Below the pieces are notes generated by a model. It was not told where the DNA came from and searched no databases. It saw only the letters and a program-made list of their open reading frames with translations. Shown piece by piece: positions 27,401 to 37,298 of a stretch of DNA of 64,000 bases. The position numbers and the translations under genes are program-made. Where the stretch lies: the sequence record MZ475898.1; one strand, written 5' to 3'. The first letter of the stretch is position 1. Each line of letters opens with the position of its first letter.

Positions 27401-30287
27401 CAACAGCACCACGTACGCGAACACGCACGCCACCAATGTCAACGTTGAACGTACCTGTCTGCAAGAAGCTCAAGCCAACGATGAAGAGGGTGTTCTGAGG
27501 AGCCTGCTTAATCACGTCGTACATACGGTCTTCACCCCAGGAGTTCACGGTATCAGACGTAATAGGTACGGCGTTCCAACCATCAGCAATCTTGTGCAAG
27601 TCATCACACCAGTTCGATACGAGGTTGGTAGGGCAGATGATCAGAGGACGAATGTTCTCTTCACCCAGATCACTCAGCTCCTGAATGGTAGCAGCAATAT
27701 CGGACAGACCGATGATTGTCTTACCACCGCCCGGCGCGATAAAGACTGTAGCGTAGCGCGGACGACGGCGAAGTGTTTTGTGCGCTTCTACCTGATGTGG
27801 TAAGAGTGCAGCACCAGCTTTGAGTCCAGGAATACGAATGTCTTCAATCGTGATACCCTGATCAGGTTTGAGACGTTCAATCTCAGTTTCCGCAGATTCG
27901 AAGATCTCCAGAGACTTAGGAATGACTGCGCTATACATCTTGGAGAACGGCAGAATGATTTGCTGCAAACGTTCTGCGCCTGGCGCTTCGTCGCTTTCAA
28001 CCAGAGAGCTAAACAGCTTCTTACGATCAGCATTGCCGATAGCAGCAGCCAGCTCACGATACAGCGCACCACCGAAGTAGTTGTTCAGTCGCGCCATGTC
28101 GCTGATTTTAGCAGTCTGACCCATCACAAAGTAATGCGTGTGATTAGGCAGAGACTCCATAGCACCAGCAATATCACCGCTCATCTCAGTAACGGTAGTC
28201 GCTACCATGTTCGAGCCGCGTAGGCCAGATGCATCGTTGAGCACGCGCAGCATGATACGCATAGCAATCAGACCAGAATCACCCTGAGCCAGAGTAAAGT
28301 CATTCTCAATCAGACCCGCGTACAGGTTGTTGTCGAGAGAGCTTTCGGTCAGTGACGCGTTCTCTGCATCCATACCGATTGCAGCACGCGCTTGCTTGAT
28401 CAGCGTAGGCAGATCAGGCACCAGCTTGTGGTTGAATGCGAAAGAATACGCAGCCACAGTCTGTGCGATGATGCTAACAAGGCCATCAACTTCCGAGTCT
28501 TCGGTGGTCGTGAACACGATGGTCTTGTCGTTGACGCTATCGATCAGTTTGCCTTTCGCAGCTTCCAGTTTAGCCGCCTGCAACAGCAGGTCATTAGCAA
28601 CACGATACGAGGTCATGTTACCGCTAGACTGATTGCTCATGATGTTGCGAATAACGTTCGACGCTGAGCGGAAGTTAGGCGTTTCGCCAGGCTCTGCAAA
28701 GTCGTAACCCAGCATATCAGCAACGTCTAACGAGTTAGGCGCTTTCATACCGACAGTACGGGTTTCGTTAACCGACAGGCCACCACCGTTCGAGGTGTTA
28801 ACCACCAGCGCGAAGTCTGGGTCGACGCCGATACACACGTTGCTGAATCGCGTTAACGATTTGGCTTCTGCCTGCATCGAGTTATCGAAGTCGAGGTTGC
28901 CGTTCTGAATAGCGAAGATGTTGGTGCGCAGCGTCTGGTGTTCAGTAGACAGCGGTACGCCTTTCGCAAACAGATGCTCCAGCACGCGGTTCAGTTCGGT
29001 TTCGTAGTTGCGCACCATCTCAACGTCAATGTCTTCACGGCGAGGCAACACAGACAGCGTACCGTTAGGCATGATGGTCAGATCGTTTTCATCTGCCACA
29101 ACATCGTGGACAGCGTAGCCGAACTTCTCACGCAGTTGTTTGAGCGCAGGCAGGCCAGTAGCAGAGGTAACGTAGCGTGGAATACGCGCAGCGCGCGTGA
29201 TACCAGTACGAGTAGAACCACTGATACGGAAGTAATAGCTCGTCCAGCCCTGGAACCAACGATACAGACACATGGTCTGAGTGTCAGCACCCTGAGAGAT
29301 GTACTCAACCATCTCTTTGCTCAGGTTAACAATCAGGCCGCCTTCTGCACGAATGTCGATAGCAATTGCTACTTCGTTGAACTCCAGCGGATAGTCGTGG
29401 CTGATCTTCATCGCTTCGAGTTTGCGATCAATCATCTGCTTGCCTGGGATAGAGCGCAGGCCCAGAGTCATGAAGTCGCCGAGCGCATCAACAACGTCTT
29501 TGTCCAGATTACGGAACAGGTTGATATCCAGATTGTGCATCTTCGGGTGCACACCACGAAGCGCCGCATTGTAGATAGACCAGTCTTTGCCGAGAGGGAT
29601 ACGAACAACTTTGGTCTGGAACACGTTGGCGTTGGTACGCGCTTCACCGAAGATATCCTTGTACAGGGTCTTCGCGGCGTTGATAGCTGCCTGAGCAATG
29701 TCAGAGCTATACACCTGAATGTTCATCTGCTCAAAGTTAGAGTCGTTATCGACACGAGGACGATCACTACCCTGACTGTTCGTAACGTTGAAGTTACCCG
29801 CACCAGCAGCTGGAGACTGCGGGCATGGCGTGCCTGACATGATAATGTCTTTGCCGCCTGGGTACACGGTACTGTTTTCGATGATAGCGCCTGAGGTGTT
29901 GCTCAAGTTTTCCGCTAACGCCGTTTTGATTTCACGAGACAGCTTACCGCTATTCAGCAGCACCTGAATCTTGTTCGTGGACATGTCCACATATTGCTGC
30001 ACACGCTTGGTGAACTCTTCTGGCGCTACTTCCAGAATGTCTTCGAACTCAGCACCATTACGGATGATGTAGTTGAGCAAGTCGAATGCTGCATAGATAC
30101 GGGCGACAGTTGACGCAGAGAACACGGCCAGTGTTTCATAGTGACGGCGTGCTTTGCCTGTCACGTACATCTTGGCCATGAGCTGCTCGGAGCCGAACGG
30201 TACAGGTTTTACCGCCAGCGCCTGATTAAAGCTATCAGCAATTTGCTGGGTCGCTGTGGCGGAGGTACTGATAATCTGATTCATCAT
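24453..30287 (-). CDS. Giant SNF2/SF2-type helicase-domain protein, probably virion-associated
   Basis: 1944 aa; LLPHQ, APGGGKT, LIICP..LVSNW, MLDESH.VKN, ATGT, LIVFTRY, EGHNMQ, WSPG..DQ..ARIFR. Confidence 0.88.
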   Translation of the reverse strand: MMNQIISTSATATQQIADSFNQALAVKPVPFGSEQLMAKMYVTGKARRHYETLAVFSASTVARIYAAFDLLNYIIRNGAEFEDILEVAPEEFTKRVQQYVDMSTNKIQVLLNSGKLSREIKTALAENLSNTSGAIIENSTVYPGGKDIIMSGTPCPQSPAAGAGNFNVTNSQGSDRPRVDNDSNFEQMNIQVYSSDIAQAAINAAKTLYKDIFGEARTNANVFQTKVVRIPLGKDWSIYNAALRGVHPKMHNLDINLFRNLDKDVVDALGDFMTLGLRSIPGKQMIDRKLEAMKISHDYPLEFNEVAIAIDIRAEGGLIVNLSKEMVEYISQGADTQTMCLYRWFQGWTSYYFRISGSTRTGITRAARIPRYVTSATGLPALKQLREKFGYAVHDVVADENDLTIMPNGTLSVLPRREDIDVEMVRNYETELNRVLEHLFAKGVPLSTEHQTLRTNIFAIQNGNLDFDNSMQAEAKSLTRFSNVCIGVDPDFALVVNTSNGGGLSVNETRTVGMKAPNSLDVADMLGYDFAEPGETPNFRSASNVIRNIMSNQSSGNMTSYRVANDLLLQAAKLEAAKGKLIDSVNDKTIVFTTTEDSEVDGLVSIIAQTVAAYSFAFNHKLVPDLPTLIKQARAAIGMDAENASLTESSLDNNLYAGLIENDFTLAQGDSGLIAMRIMLRVLNDASGLRGSNMVATTVTEMSGDIAGAMESLPNHTHYFVMGQTAKISDMARLNNYFGGALYRELAAAIGNADRKKLFSSLVESDEAPGAERLQQIILPFSKMYSAVIPKSLEIFESAETEIERLKPDQGITIEDIRIPGLKAGAALLPHQVEAHKTLRRRPRYATVFIAPGGGKTIIGLSDIAATIQELSDLGEENIRPLIICPTNLVSNWCDDLHKIADGWNAVPITSDTVNSWGEDRMYDVIKQAPQNTLFIVGLSFLQTGTFNVDIGGVRVRVRGAVEFVNRFNFSYVMLDESHKVKNFSGGQSGSQVHFNTKAVFTAPSVRYARIATGTLVTDRVRDIVGQAALMTPAMFGDSLDVAYDGAKDDIEMIRRAHSRMSNHTAFISFKRKNWAFMLPNPIDTFIQVEIDDPTVPNSSLHQEVYNAMYAQVLEKLQEAANNAKRRAASAGEDDEEDGAESTASDDIDEDDIEEGDDLGALLAGNADLNMYFQRMEMMLTDPMGDDVARLTFENAGVTKFVSAKVLTIIERIRKHFEVQPERDPMVKEQQIFNWTQGVTPRELDMAVYQGQKYLARKQSEEFQRQTLPPSMVPPPEDPDYWKPEVQGKLIVFTRYTRAANAIYNSLPENYKKVAVVYHGEVGKLGQNKEANLDAFKTDDRVQILIANEQAISEGHNMQMGSRIIRCDTPWSPGTYDQSTARIFRPDVAAAVLDENGKPGDMKREAVFIDWVMTNKTLEVGKVARLMWKTLEKTRFDEKGNQRYEKLDQYQLAPIKMNASLLIDNNTMEDFKPYFLAKRDLNDIEAQEFQEMRKTTIAAMQPLPATPALRDFRIMEQVPIVANQKIPDRHNWGLERLLDWARNQNFSSGENVKDALNRAPVVTEFGNGIIVSVTVRTADGKLRADSPISTVRVRLAGGEEIVTVPANKVHYAGKVSPADLKRFFEVRKPWATAKDRKRVEAEAKRVEVEDTVTDETQTADSKATEKKVEAQERKNARVTQRKANKEEGKPINEGVEQAAARVRRRKAAELPPLDNKVRKAVRGAAVTLDDGTDMSLELTPTVYNGFVALYADATDPDAKALKDFEFTEFGDYVYIDCAYYSDFEKFLDFIEAKKLDFDGPSSRRLEFVQDFFDESTPKLSFNYQLAVKAQSQLKQFFQIRHTSAKDVKHIKAYPMVMEDRLRIMFDLATNPKVKRFVGTKIPNTRKFGTFSLSSGMWISFVKNVAGAKARINRIQKAGYSIPNMKQCLAALTKLKLTASKDKSV

Positions 30288-30781
30288 TCACCCAGTTTAG
30301 TGTAGTTGTCAATCACTGACTGCCACAAAGCAGGCACCTGAAGGCGACGATCAGCAGCAATGTCCGAGAGAGTCATTGCCAATGCGTATGCACGCAGAGG
30401 TTTGAGTCCTTCAAACTTATCACGAGTGAACACCGAGCCTAATTGCTCGTTGGTCAGTTCGTTATACTGCTCGCGGTATTCTGCACGATACTTAACGTAG
30501 TTACCGTCATCAACAGGGGTGGTGTCAGGCGCGGACTGTGCGAATTGAATCGTCTTAGCCATAGCATCCATCAACAGCAGAAGGTCTGCTTGATCGTATG
30601 GCGAAATGTCAGGTACGCCAGCTTTACCCAAAAGGTCCACAACTGATTGCGGCAATTGGATAGGCTCACGCGAATCTGACACGGACTGCATAATCCCTTG
30701 AGCTGCACCAGCGTAGCGTTTATCACTACCAGCCAGTTCAGCCAAGAGAGAAACGAGTCGTGCGTTAATCTCTAAACTCAC
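30284..30781 (-). CDS. Hypothetical protein (165 aa)
   Basis: ORF with AGGAG RBS, coupled to the helicase gene. Confidence 0.7.
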   Translation of the reverse strand: MSLEINARLVSLLAELAGSDKRYAGAAQGIMQSVSDSREPIQLPQSVVDLLGKAGVPDISPYDQADLLLLMDAMAKTIQFAQSAPDTTPVDDGNYVKYRAEYREQYNELTNEQLGSVFTRDKFEGLKPLRAYALAMTLSDIAADRRLQVPALWQSVIDNYTKLGE

Positions 30782-30791
30782 GGTGATTCTC

Positions 30792-31574
30792 CTAAGTAAA
30801 AATGCTCTTGACCAAACTGTTGAGTTTCTTCTCTACGGCAGTGCGCTTGTGAGAAGTCAAAAAACAGCACAGTCTGCGAGACTGTAAGTGCAACGCAAAA
30901 GCATTACCCTTAACGCGCATACAGCTAATCCCCAGGTCCAGATTCCATGGATGCCACTGACGTGGTAAGAGCATGGCTTGCTGAATCGCCGGATAAGTGT
31001 CCGTAACAACAGGCGAAGGGGACTTTGCAAGTTTCTGAGTCAAATTATCAGTCTTGAACAAAGCCTTAGGCTGTTTGTTAGAAAACCAGTAAGGAACCTG
31101 TCTGTGGAGTATCTCACCCACTTTCGGGATTCCTGTGCGATTAGTCTGCGGCACGTATACCAAGTATATATCAACTGTCGTGTTAATGCAATTGGCTACG
31201 CGATTAAAATCGCTGGTGGTTCGTGAGTGCACCTCAGCAAGACGAAACTTGCTGTTGAACTCAATACGTTGCAGCCAGCGTTTCAGATCTGTCTGTTGCA
31301 GTTTAAGCAGCGCACGCGCACTATCGATTGAATGACGAGTGACACGCGGCACAGGACGAATCAAATACTTTGTGCTGGTGCGAGACAGAGAAGACAGGAA
31401 GCCATCAACAACACGTTCCATGCCAAGAGGCTGTGGCAGCGAGTTGAACAAATCTACCGCTGTTTGTGTTGAGATGTACGATCCCCAAGCATCAAGATAC
31501 TCAGGGTCTACGCAATCTGGGAAGTTCCGCAGATCGAGACCGACAGCAGAACCATAGGCTTTCAAACGACTCAC
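30792..31574 (-). CDS. Hypothetical protein (260 aa)
   Basis: ORF overlapping the HNH stop by 4 nt. Confidence 0.7.
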   Translation of the reverse strand: MSRLKAYGSAVGLDLRNFPDCVDPEYLDAWGSYISTQTAVDLFNSLPQPLGMERVVDGFLSSLSRTSTKYLIRPVPRVTRHSIDSARALLKLQQTDLKRWLQRIEFNSKFRLAEVHSRTTSDFNRVANCINTTVDIYLVYVPQTNRTGIPKVGEILHRQVPYWFSNKQPKALFKTDNLTQKLAKSPSPVVTDTYPAIQQAMLLPRQWHPWNLDLGISCMRVKGNAFALHLQSRRLCCFLTSHKRTAVEKKLNSLVKSIFT

Positions 31575-31936
31575 CGTCTACCTCCATGAAGCAACTTCGA
31601 ACCTCTTCGGTTCGCTGAGCCTATCTGGTTATTATCACAATCATGGCATAGCAGCTCCAGATTGTGTTTGAGATTGCTTCCACCACGTGAGTGGGGAACT
31701 TTGTGGTTAAGAATCAGTTGTGGTGTGCGCTTACCGCAACGTTCACACGCTTGACCACGCTCATCGATGATCTGCATTTTGAATGCGTGCCACTCTGAAC
31801 GGTCCATACGAACATGCGTACCAGCACGCGCACGCTCCATACCTGAAACACCAGCAAGGCGTTGAGTAGTAGACAGGCTACGACCACGACCGCCATTCTG
31901 TCTTGCAGCGATACCGCCACGCGCTCTATATACCAT
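31571..31936 (-). CDS. HNH endonuclease
   Basis: CERC...NHKVPHSRGGSN...NLELLCHDC. Confidence 0.88.
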   Translation of the reverse strand: MVYRARGGIAARQNGGRGRSLSTTQRLAGVSGMERARAGTHVRMDRSEWHAFKMQIIDERGQACERCGKRTPQLILNHKVPHSRGGSNLKHNLELLCHDCDNNQIGSANRRGSKLLHGGRR

Positions 31937-31953
31937 GAGAACCTCCTACAGTT

Positions 31954-31963
31954 TATTTTACAG
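31954..31963 (-). promoter_or_regulatory. CTGTAAAATA variant promoter-like motif
   Basis: Intergenic, upstream of the HNH gene; one extra A. Confidence 0.4.
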
Positions 31964-31969
31964 TTGTTT

Positions 31970-32791
31970 TTATGCTGAGGAGCTGAATATCTCAACTGTT
32001 TTATTCAAGCCCGCCTGATACGCCATCTCAATGTCTTTGGCAGCGTTACGGATAATCTGCGTAACGGCGGCATCGGCTTTGGCGATCTCTTCAATAGCGA
32101 GGTTCTTTTTGTTCCACGCTTTGATCAGATGGTTAACGCCAACAAGAATCGTACCAGCAGACTCTGCAAATGGTCCCATAACTTCGGCATTAAGGATTTC
32201 AGCAAGTTGGGAAACGTCACGCAACGCACGAAGGTCAGCAATGATTTCACGCATCTGATTGTATAGCTGCATCAGCGCATAAATGTCACGGCTTTGTTTC
32301 TTGTCGCGGTAGTTCTCCTCACAGATACGAGCCATAGACTGACACTGACCAAACATTGTCATGTACTCGGCGATCTGTTCATTCTCTTGCTTGATAACGT
32401 CAGGTACTTCTGACAGCACTTCCATCAGTTCGCCTTCTAAGGCAACGAGGTCTGTACCACCCATAGACTTGACTTTCTTTTTCTTCTTCGCCTCTTTGAT
32501 TGTCTCAACGGCGTTAGTCTTCTTTTTCTTTTTCTTCGCTTTCTTTTCTTCTTTCACGGCCAATGCTTTCTGTGTGGCCGCAATATCCGCATACATCTCA
32601 TCAGCATCAATGCGCGTAGGCATAATGTCTTTCGAGCTATCGGATTTCTTTTTCTTTTTAACCTTCACGCCTTTGCTAACTGTCTTAGCTTTCTTGACGG
32701 AAGTCTTTGCCTTCACCGTCGCCTTCTTTTTCTTCTTGACAGGAAGAGGCTGAGCGTGTGAGCCAATGTCGTCCAAGCTTATGGCTGGCAT
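31970..32791 (-). CDS. Hypothetical protein with Lys-rich N-terminus and helical C-terminus
   Basis: 273 aa with several poly-K tracts. Confidence 0.75.
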   Translation of the reverse strand: MPAISLDDIGSHAQPLPVKKKKKATVKAKTSVKKAKTVSKGVKVKKKKKSDSSKDIMPTRIDADEMYADIAATQKALAVKEEKKAKKKKKKTNAVETIKEAKKKKKVKSMGGTDLVALEGELMEVLSEVPDVIKQENEQIAEYMTMFGQCQSMARICEENYRDKKQSRDIYALMQLYNQMREIIADLRALRDVSQLAEILNAEVMGPFAESAGTILVGVNHLIKAWNKKNLAIEEIAKADAAVTQIIRNAAKDIEMAYQAGLNKTVEIFSSSA

Positions 32792-32813
32792 AGTGAAATC
32801 CTCTGAGGAAATG

Positions 32814-32841
32814 AAAAAGGGAACCCTGTTAGGCTCCCTTT
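32814..32841 (-). terminator. Rho-independent terminator
   Basis: AAAGGGAGCC-TAACA-GGGTTCCCTTTTT. Confidence 0.8.
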
Positions 32842-32849
32842 AGGGTTTG

Positions 32850-33650
32850 TTAGAAGCTGTGTGCGCGAATACGATCAGCCAGAAGCGAGAAGTATTCAGG
32901 GCTGTAGCGATACACCTTAGCATAGTAGTCGAGCAGCTTAGGCACATCAACACCAGCAGCGGCAGACACGCTATCCAGCGCAGGGAACTGGCGCTCGTCA
33001 AGCTCATCGCTCGGCAGCACAGCCACCATTGAAGCTGAGGTGATTTGCTCGTTGTTACCTTCGAAGTCAACAACAAGGAAGCTGTTGTCGTCAGTAACAC
33101 GCGCAGCAACGAAGCCAACGGTCAACGCACCAGACGCAGACACGAAGCTAATCATGTCACCACCCTGAGCACCAGCACGGTCAGCAGCATTAGCAGACAG
33201 AGCCTGGGCAACTTCTGGCAGACGTGCGTTCAGGTTGAAAGCAGCAGCGCCAGACACAGAACGAATCATATCGATCAGGTCGGCGTTATCGTTTGCTTCT
33301 GACTGGCGCACCAGAACATCTTCACCGCTTTCAGATTTGCGAACAGCCCACATGCGCTCTTGTTTGTCCATATACATGTTCTTGGACAGAGCCTGGAACT
33401 CATCGCCCATCTGAGCAACAGGAACGATATCCTGCATGCGGGTCAGAATGGTACGAACGAAGCTGGAGGTTTTACCCTGCTCAATCATCGAGGTCGCACC
33501 CTGAACAGGCATGAACTCGCGATCACAGGAAGCGCTCACGATAGCACCGAAGTTATCGGTAATATCTTCGTTTGGGGTATGTGTAACTTGCACGATGGCC
33601 ACACTCTGAGTGTCGTTGAGCTGGTCAATCTGCTTGATGAAAGCGTCCAT
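32850..33650 (-). CDS. Putative head/core protein with several S-x-S-A sites (start corrected to MDAFIKQ)
   Basis: GGAG RBS 7 nt before ATG 33650; internal IVSASC, RSVSGA, FVSASGA, DSVSAA. Confidence 0.6.
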   Translation of the reverse strand: MDAFIKQIDQLNDTQSVAIVQVTHTPNEDITDNFGAIVSASCDREFMPVQGATSMIEQGKTSSFVRTILTRMQDIVPVAQMGDEFQALSKNMYMDKQERMWAVRKSESGEDVLVRQSEANDNADLIDMIRSVSGAAAFNLNARLPEVAQALSANAADRAGAQGGDMISFVSASGALTVGFVAARVTDDNSFLVVDFEGNNEQITSASMVAVLPSDELDERQFPALDSVSAAAGVDVPKLLDYYAKVYRYSPEYFSLLADRIRAHSF

Positions 33651-33681
33651 TGTCATCTCCTGGGATATGTTTGACAATATG

Positions 33682-33687
33682 AAATTA
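33682..33687 (-). promoter_or_regulatory. TAATTT promoter-like motif
   Basis: tacTAATTTC, intergenic. Confidence 0.6.
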
Positions 33688-33699
33688 GTATTTCGAGGG

Positions 33700-34863
33700 T
33701 TACCTGGTCACGCTGTAACGCGCATTTACCCAGATACTTCGGTTACCAACAGTTGCCCACTTGGTAGTAGGAGCGTTTGTGATGCCGAGCTTGCCGAGAG
33801 AACGCGCGCCATCGATAGCACCAGAACCCTGAGAACCATCACCATCGTTGATACCAGCTTTCGACAGTTTGTTCTTCAAGTTGGTGACAGGACCTTGTAT
33901 CTGTGTTTCGATTCTGCCCAAAGCAGCTTCGATAGCAGGGGTGCGGTCCATATTGAGGTTGACTACTTGCCCAGTGAAGTCAAAGGCCATACTGCCCTCT
34001 GCTTGCAACTGAGCGGCGAGCGCATAGTAACACGCACACGTTAGCCAACCATCAAGTATTGTACCTTGCATGTTCGTACCACTAAAGCCCGTAACACGAG
34101 GGCCTACCATGTTGAACAGCGCAAGGCCACGATAGAGATAACCAATCAGATCAGCCTGAGTGTATTCCAACTCAGGTATCACGTTAAATGCACGCGCTTT
34201 GTTTATATGGTCTTCGACAAAGGAAGCAGCGAGCAACACTTGAGGAGTGATTACCCACAGCTTATACGTGTACATCTTGGTTGTCTTACGTGTCGCAGAA
34301 GTGTGTGAGGCGATAAGCGAGATAGGTTCGAGGCGACGAGTCGCTACCCATACAGGCACTTTGAACACGCAGGTATCGGCGCGGTTCACAATCATCTTAA
34401 CACCTGCATCGCTGGAACTAATGTCCGTCGCAATGATTTGGTTGTTGAGAGATAACTGGAAGCGCAGCTTATCGCCACGAGTATCAAAATGAAAAGGCAA
34501 CGTTAGCTCAAACGTTTCTTCATCGCCAAACAAACACACAATGTCTGTTACACGGTTTTCAGTCAGAGGCTCAACGGTCAGTTCTTGGCGCGACTGCACG
34601 AGTCCCTCTTCGGACTCATATCGCCATGAGACAGTCAGACGTTTAGCGTCCGTAAGCCCCATGTTAGGAACTGCAAGGTCTGCGGTCCAATAGCCAGGCA
34701 CTTCACCTGTCGTGGCAACCACTTGAGCAAGCACAGAACGATCTGAGGGATCGATGAGCGTTACCACAGGCCCCATGTCGTCTGACTGAGGATAAATCGG
34801 TTCGTCTAGGTCGTTGAAGAAACCTTCCTCAATGACCAATACGTTACCTTCAACAGTGCGCAT
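33700..34863 (-). CDS. Putative head-tail adaptor/neck protein
   Basis: C-terminal ALFN..GP...L..CA.YYAL.A....E...F...G..V pattern recalled from large-phage neck proteins; start placed just after the upstream stop. Confidence 0.5.
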   Translation of the reverse strand: MRTVEGNVLVIEEGFFNDLDEPIYPQSDDMGPVVTLIDPSDRSVLAQVVATTGEVPGYWTADLAVPNMGLTDAKRLTVSWRYESEEGLVQSRQELTVEPLTENRVTDIVCLFGDEETFELTLPFHFDTRGDKLRFQLSLNNQIIATDISSSDAGVKMIVNRADTCVFKVPVWVATRRLEPISLIASHTSATRKTTKMYTYKLWVITPQVLLAASFVEDHINKARAFNVIPELEYTQADLIGYLYRGLALFNMVGPRVTGFSGTNMQGTILDGWLTCACYYALAAQLQAEGSMAFDFTGQVVNLNMDRTPAIEAALGRIETQIQGPVTNLKNKLSKAGINDGDGSQGSGAIDGARSLGKLGITNAPTTKWATVGNRSIWVNARYSVTR

Positions 34864-34864
34864 A

Positions 34865-35971
34865 TCAACCTGCCTTAGTGAGTCCCAGGTACTCAATTAA
34901 ATTGCGTAGCTGGTCATTGAACCCACCGGATATAAGCGCTCTCGCCATATTCAAGTGATTCGAAGAAACTGCACGCACAACCTTAGCCTGATACTCTGGA
35001 ACGTTTTGCATGTTCTGAGTCAGGTTGTAGAAATAGCTGCGCACAAAGTTAGTTCGCTCCACATTGCTCGCTTCCATATCAGACGTATCTTGCGTCGGAG
35101 TAAGAAGCATATACAGGGCAGCAAGCAGTTCAGGAGTCGGGTCAACAATCTGCGATGCGATAGCGGCACTAAGTTTCATCATGCCTTTCGCAACGAAGTC
35201 CGCGACAGTTTTGTCGATATACTCGGTGCCAGACTTGCCTACGTTCGGAAGGTACAGTTTCGGCAGAATGTACATGCAGAAGTAAAGAGGGAAGTCTTTA
35301 CGCATAACGTCCGAGATAAGCATCTCTGAATAGTCTTTCCAGATGTTCACGTTGTAGTGCCATTCATCGTACGGCACAGTGCGCATCAGGTTAGACACAC
35401 TCAGGTCGAGCACCTGATTGGCTGTCGTAGCCAAGTCGATGTAGTTTGCAGCAGGCGAAAGGGACGCACTCGAAACCAATTGAACGTAGTTACGAGTCAC
35501 AGCACCAACAGTGTTATAAATAACATTGAGGAACTCAAGTCCGTTGCCGTTAAGCGCAAACAACACAGAGCGAGGTAGACCGACAGTCAGGTATTCGTTA
35601 TTGTCAGCTACACCCCATAAACGCCAATAGCGCCCACGACCAAGCTGCGTCAGAGGTTGAGGCAGCACGCGGTTGGGGCGCGGCTTGAGGCAAAACGTGA
35701 AGCAGATACCGCTGTCAATCATGATCACTGAATCATCGGGACGATTCGAGTAACCCATCGACATTTGATTGTCGGTACTGAATACGTTAACCAGAGTGAA
35801 GTTCAGAGCTTTGGTGAAAGGCATCTGAGCTTCAATTATCTGGGAGATGACTTGACGCAAGATAGTGTCAAGCACATAAGGAGAAGCACTTCGCATTTGT
35901 TGCGGTCGATACTGACCACCGAAAGTGCTTTCCTTGAATGTGCGATCTACCTTGTAGTGGGTCATTGCCAT
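34865..35971 (-). CDS. Hypothetical (probable virion) protein, 368 aa
   Basis: ORF coupled to the upstream gene in a TAATTT-led operon. Confidence 0.7.
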   Translation of the reverse strand: MAMTHYKVDRTFKESTFGGQYRPQQMRSASPYVLDTILRQVISQIIEAQMPFTKALNFTLVNVFSTDNQMSMGYSNRPDDSVIMIDSGICFTFCLKPRPNRVLPQPLTQLGRGRYWRLWGVADNNEYLTVGLPRSVLFALNGNGLEFLNVIYNTVGAVTRNYVQLVSSASLSPAANYIDLATTANQVLDLSVSNLMRTVPYDEWHYNVNIWKDYSEMLISDVMRKDFPLYFCMYILPKLYLPNVGKSGTEYIDKTVADFVAKGMMKLSAAIASQIVDPTPELLAALYMLLTPTQDTSDMEASNVERTNFVRSYFYNLTQNMQNVPEYQAKVVRAVSSNHLNMARALISGGFNDQLRNLIEYLGLTKAG

Positions 35972-37260
35972 TACTTGACCGACTGTTTAAGCAGACGCTT
36001 CTGTTGAGGACTCAGACCCATAACGTCGGAGATTTGATCAATCTTCGCCAGAGTCAGAACGCCTTTAGCAGTGCCGCTAGAACCAGTCAGGCTGATCTTA
36101 ACGAACTCACGTCCTTCACGACCTGTGACCAGCTGGTGGATAAGAGTGTTCTTACCGCTACGTCCCGCACGCAATGCGCTGCTTGCCATGCCCAAAATCT
36201 CGGTAACAGCTTCGCGCTTCTCAGAAGGAGACAGGCCAGGAACGAGACGCACATAAAGGCTATCGTTCTGCACACGCACGGAGTCGAAGATTTCTTTCTT
36301 GCGACCACGAACTGTATGCTGGCGTTGACCCAACTGAGTCATGTTACGCAGGTCATCAGTCGAACGATTGATAGGCTTACGTTCGCTGTAGTTCAGGAAT
36401 CCATCCAGAGCCATCAGCTGGTTGATAGCACGCTTCATTTCAGGAGCGGTTTCAATCAGACGGCCCAGCGGGAATGAGTTAGGAACTTTCTCATCCACCA
36501 GCGAGGTGATGTAGTTTTCACTCAGACCAGTAGCCACTGCAATCTTGGTAGAGACTACGATAGCATATGTCGGATAGTGCAGGCCATCAGAGTTCACGAA
36601 GTTATCGATGAACACATAGGTCTGGAAGATGATTGGGTCAGTACCCTGCGCGATGAAAGTACGTGTACGAATCTTAGAGTAATCTTCTTTACTCAGAATC
36701 TTCGACAGGTAGTTAGCGATGGTAGCAGCCAACTTGGTGTGTTCTTTCGGTGCGCCGTTCTTAACGTCAATGCTCATCAAACGCACCAGCTGGGTTTGCT
36801 GGTCTTTGGCCTGATTGATAACACTAAGCAGTGACTTGGAAGCGCCTGTCTGATCTTTGAAGGCGCTGAACGTTTTGCTATTCAGAATCTGATAAGCAAC
36901 GGACAACTCGCCGATAGCCTGAGACAACTGACTGACCTGAGCGTTATATTTAGCTTTGTTCTGGACGTCAGAAATATCAATCTTCGACAAGTCGATCACT
37001 TGGTTCAGATCGATTGACTTGGCCTGTTTACCTTTGATTGAGCCTTCCAGATCAGAAAGTTCAATCGCTTTAGGGCTGGCGCTAACAGACAGCAGCTTCT
37101 TAGGAATGGTTACAGAAGTAGCAAGAGAGATAACGTTTTCAAGTACCTTCTTGAACTCTTTAGCAGTACGTGCATTACGCAACGCCACCATGTTCCCAGA
37201 GCCGTAATCAACGGATGCGCTGATGCTGCTAACTTCATTGTTTTTGGCAGTCTTAGCCAT
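35971..37260 (-). CDS. Hypothetical (probable virion) protein with SISAS/SVSAS sites (start corrected to MAKTAK)
   Basis: GAGGA RBS before ATG 37260; TAATTT motif upstream. Confidence 0.7.
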   Translation of the reverse strand: MAKTAKNNEVSSISASVDYGSGNMVALRNARTAKEFKKVLENVISLATSVTIPKKLLSVSASPKAIELSDLEGSIKGKQAKSIDLNQVIDLSKIDISDVQNKAKYNAQVSQLSQAIGELSVAYQILNSKTFSAFKDQTGASKSLLSVINQAKDQQTQLVRLMSIDVKNGAPKEHTKLAATIANYLSKILSKEDYSKIRTRTFIAQGTDPIIFQTYVFIDNFVNSDGLHYPTYAIVVSTKIAVATGLSENYITSLVDEKVPNSFPLGRLIETAPEMKRAINQLMALDGFLNYSERKPINRSTDDLRNMTQLGQRQHTVRGRKKEIFDSVRVQNDSLYVRLVPGLSPSEKREAVTEILGMASSALRAGRSGKNTLIHQLVTGREGREFVKISLTGSSGTAKGVLTLAKIDQISDVMGLSPQQKRLLKQSVK

Positions 37261-37298
37261 GATTATCCTCGGCTGGGGCAATTGTTCGAATCGAGTAA

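Noticed and set aside
24741-29837. Long plus-strand ORFs (302 aa at 24741, 299 aa at 28938, 282 aa at 59487 and many others) antisense to large genes
   Set aside because: They are shadow ORFs fully opposite well-supported genes, with no RBS or recognisable motifs; expected from the codon bias of the sense genes
31571-31936. HNH as a mobile homing endonuclease or intron
   Set aside because: It is a short stand-alone HNH with its own RBS, does not interrupt a gene and lacks an extra DNA-binding domain; more like a packaging-type or accessory nuclease
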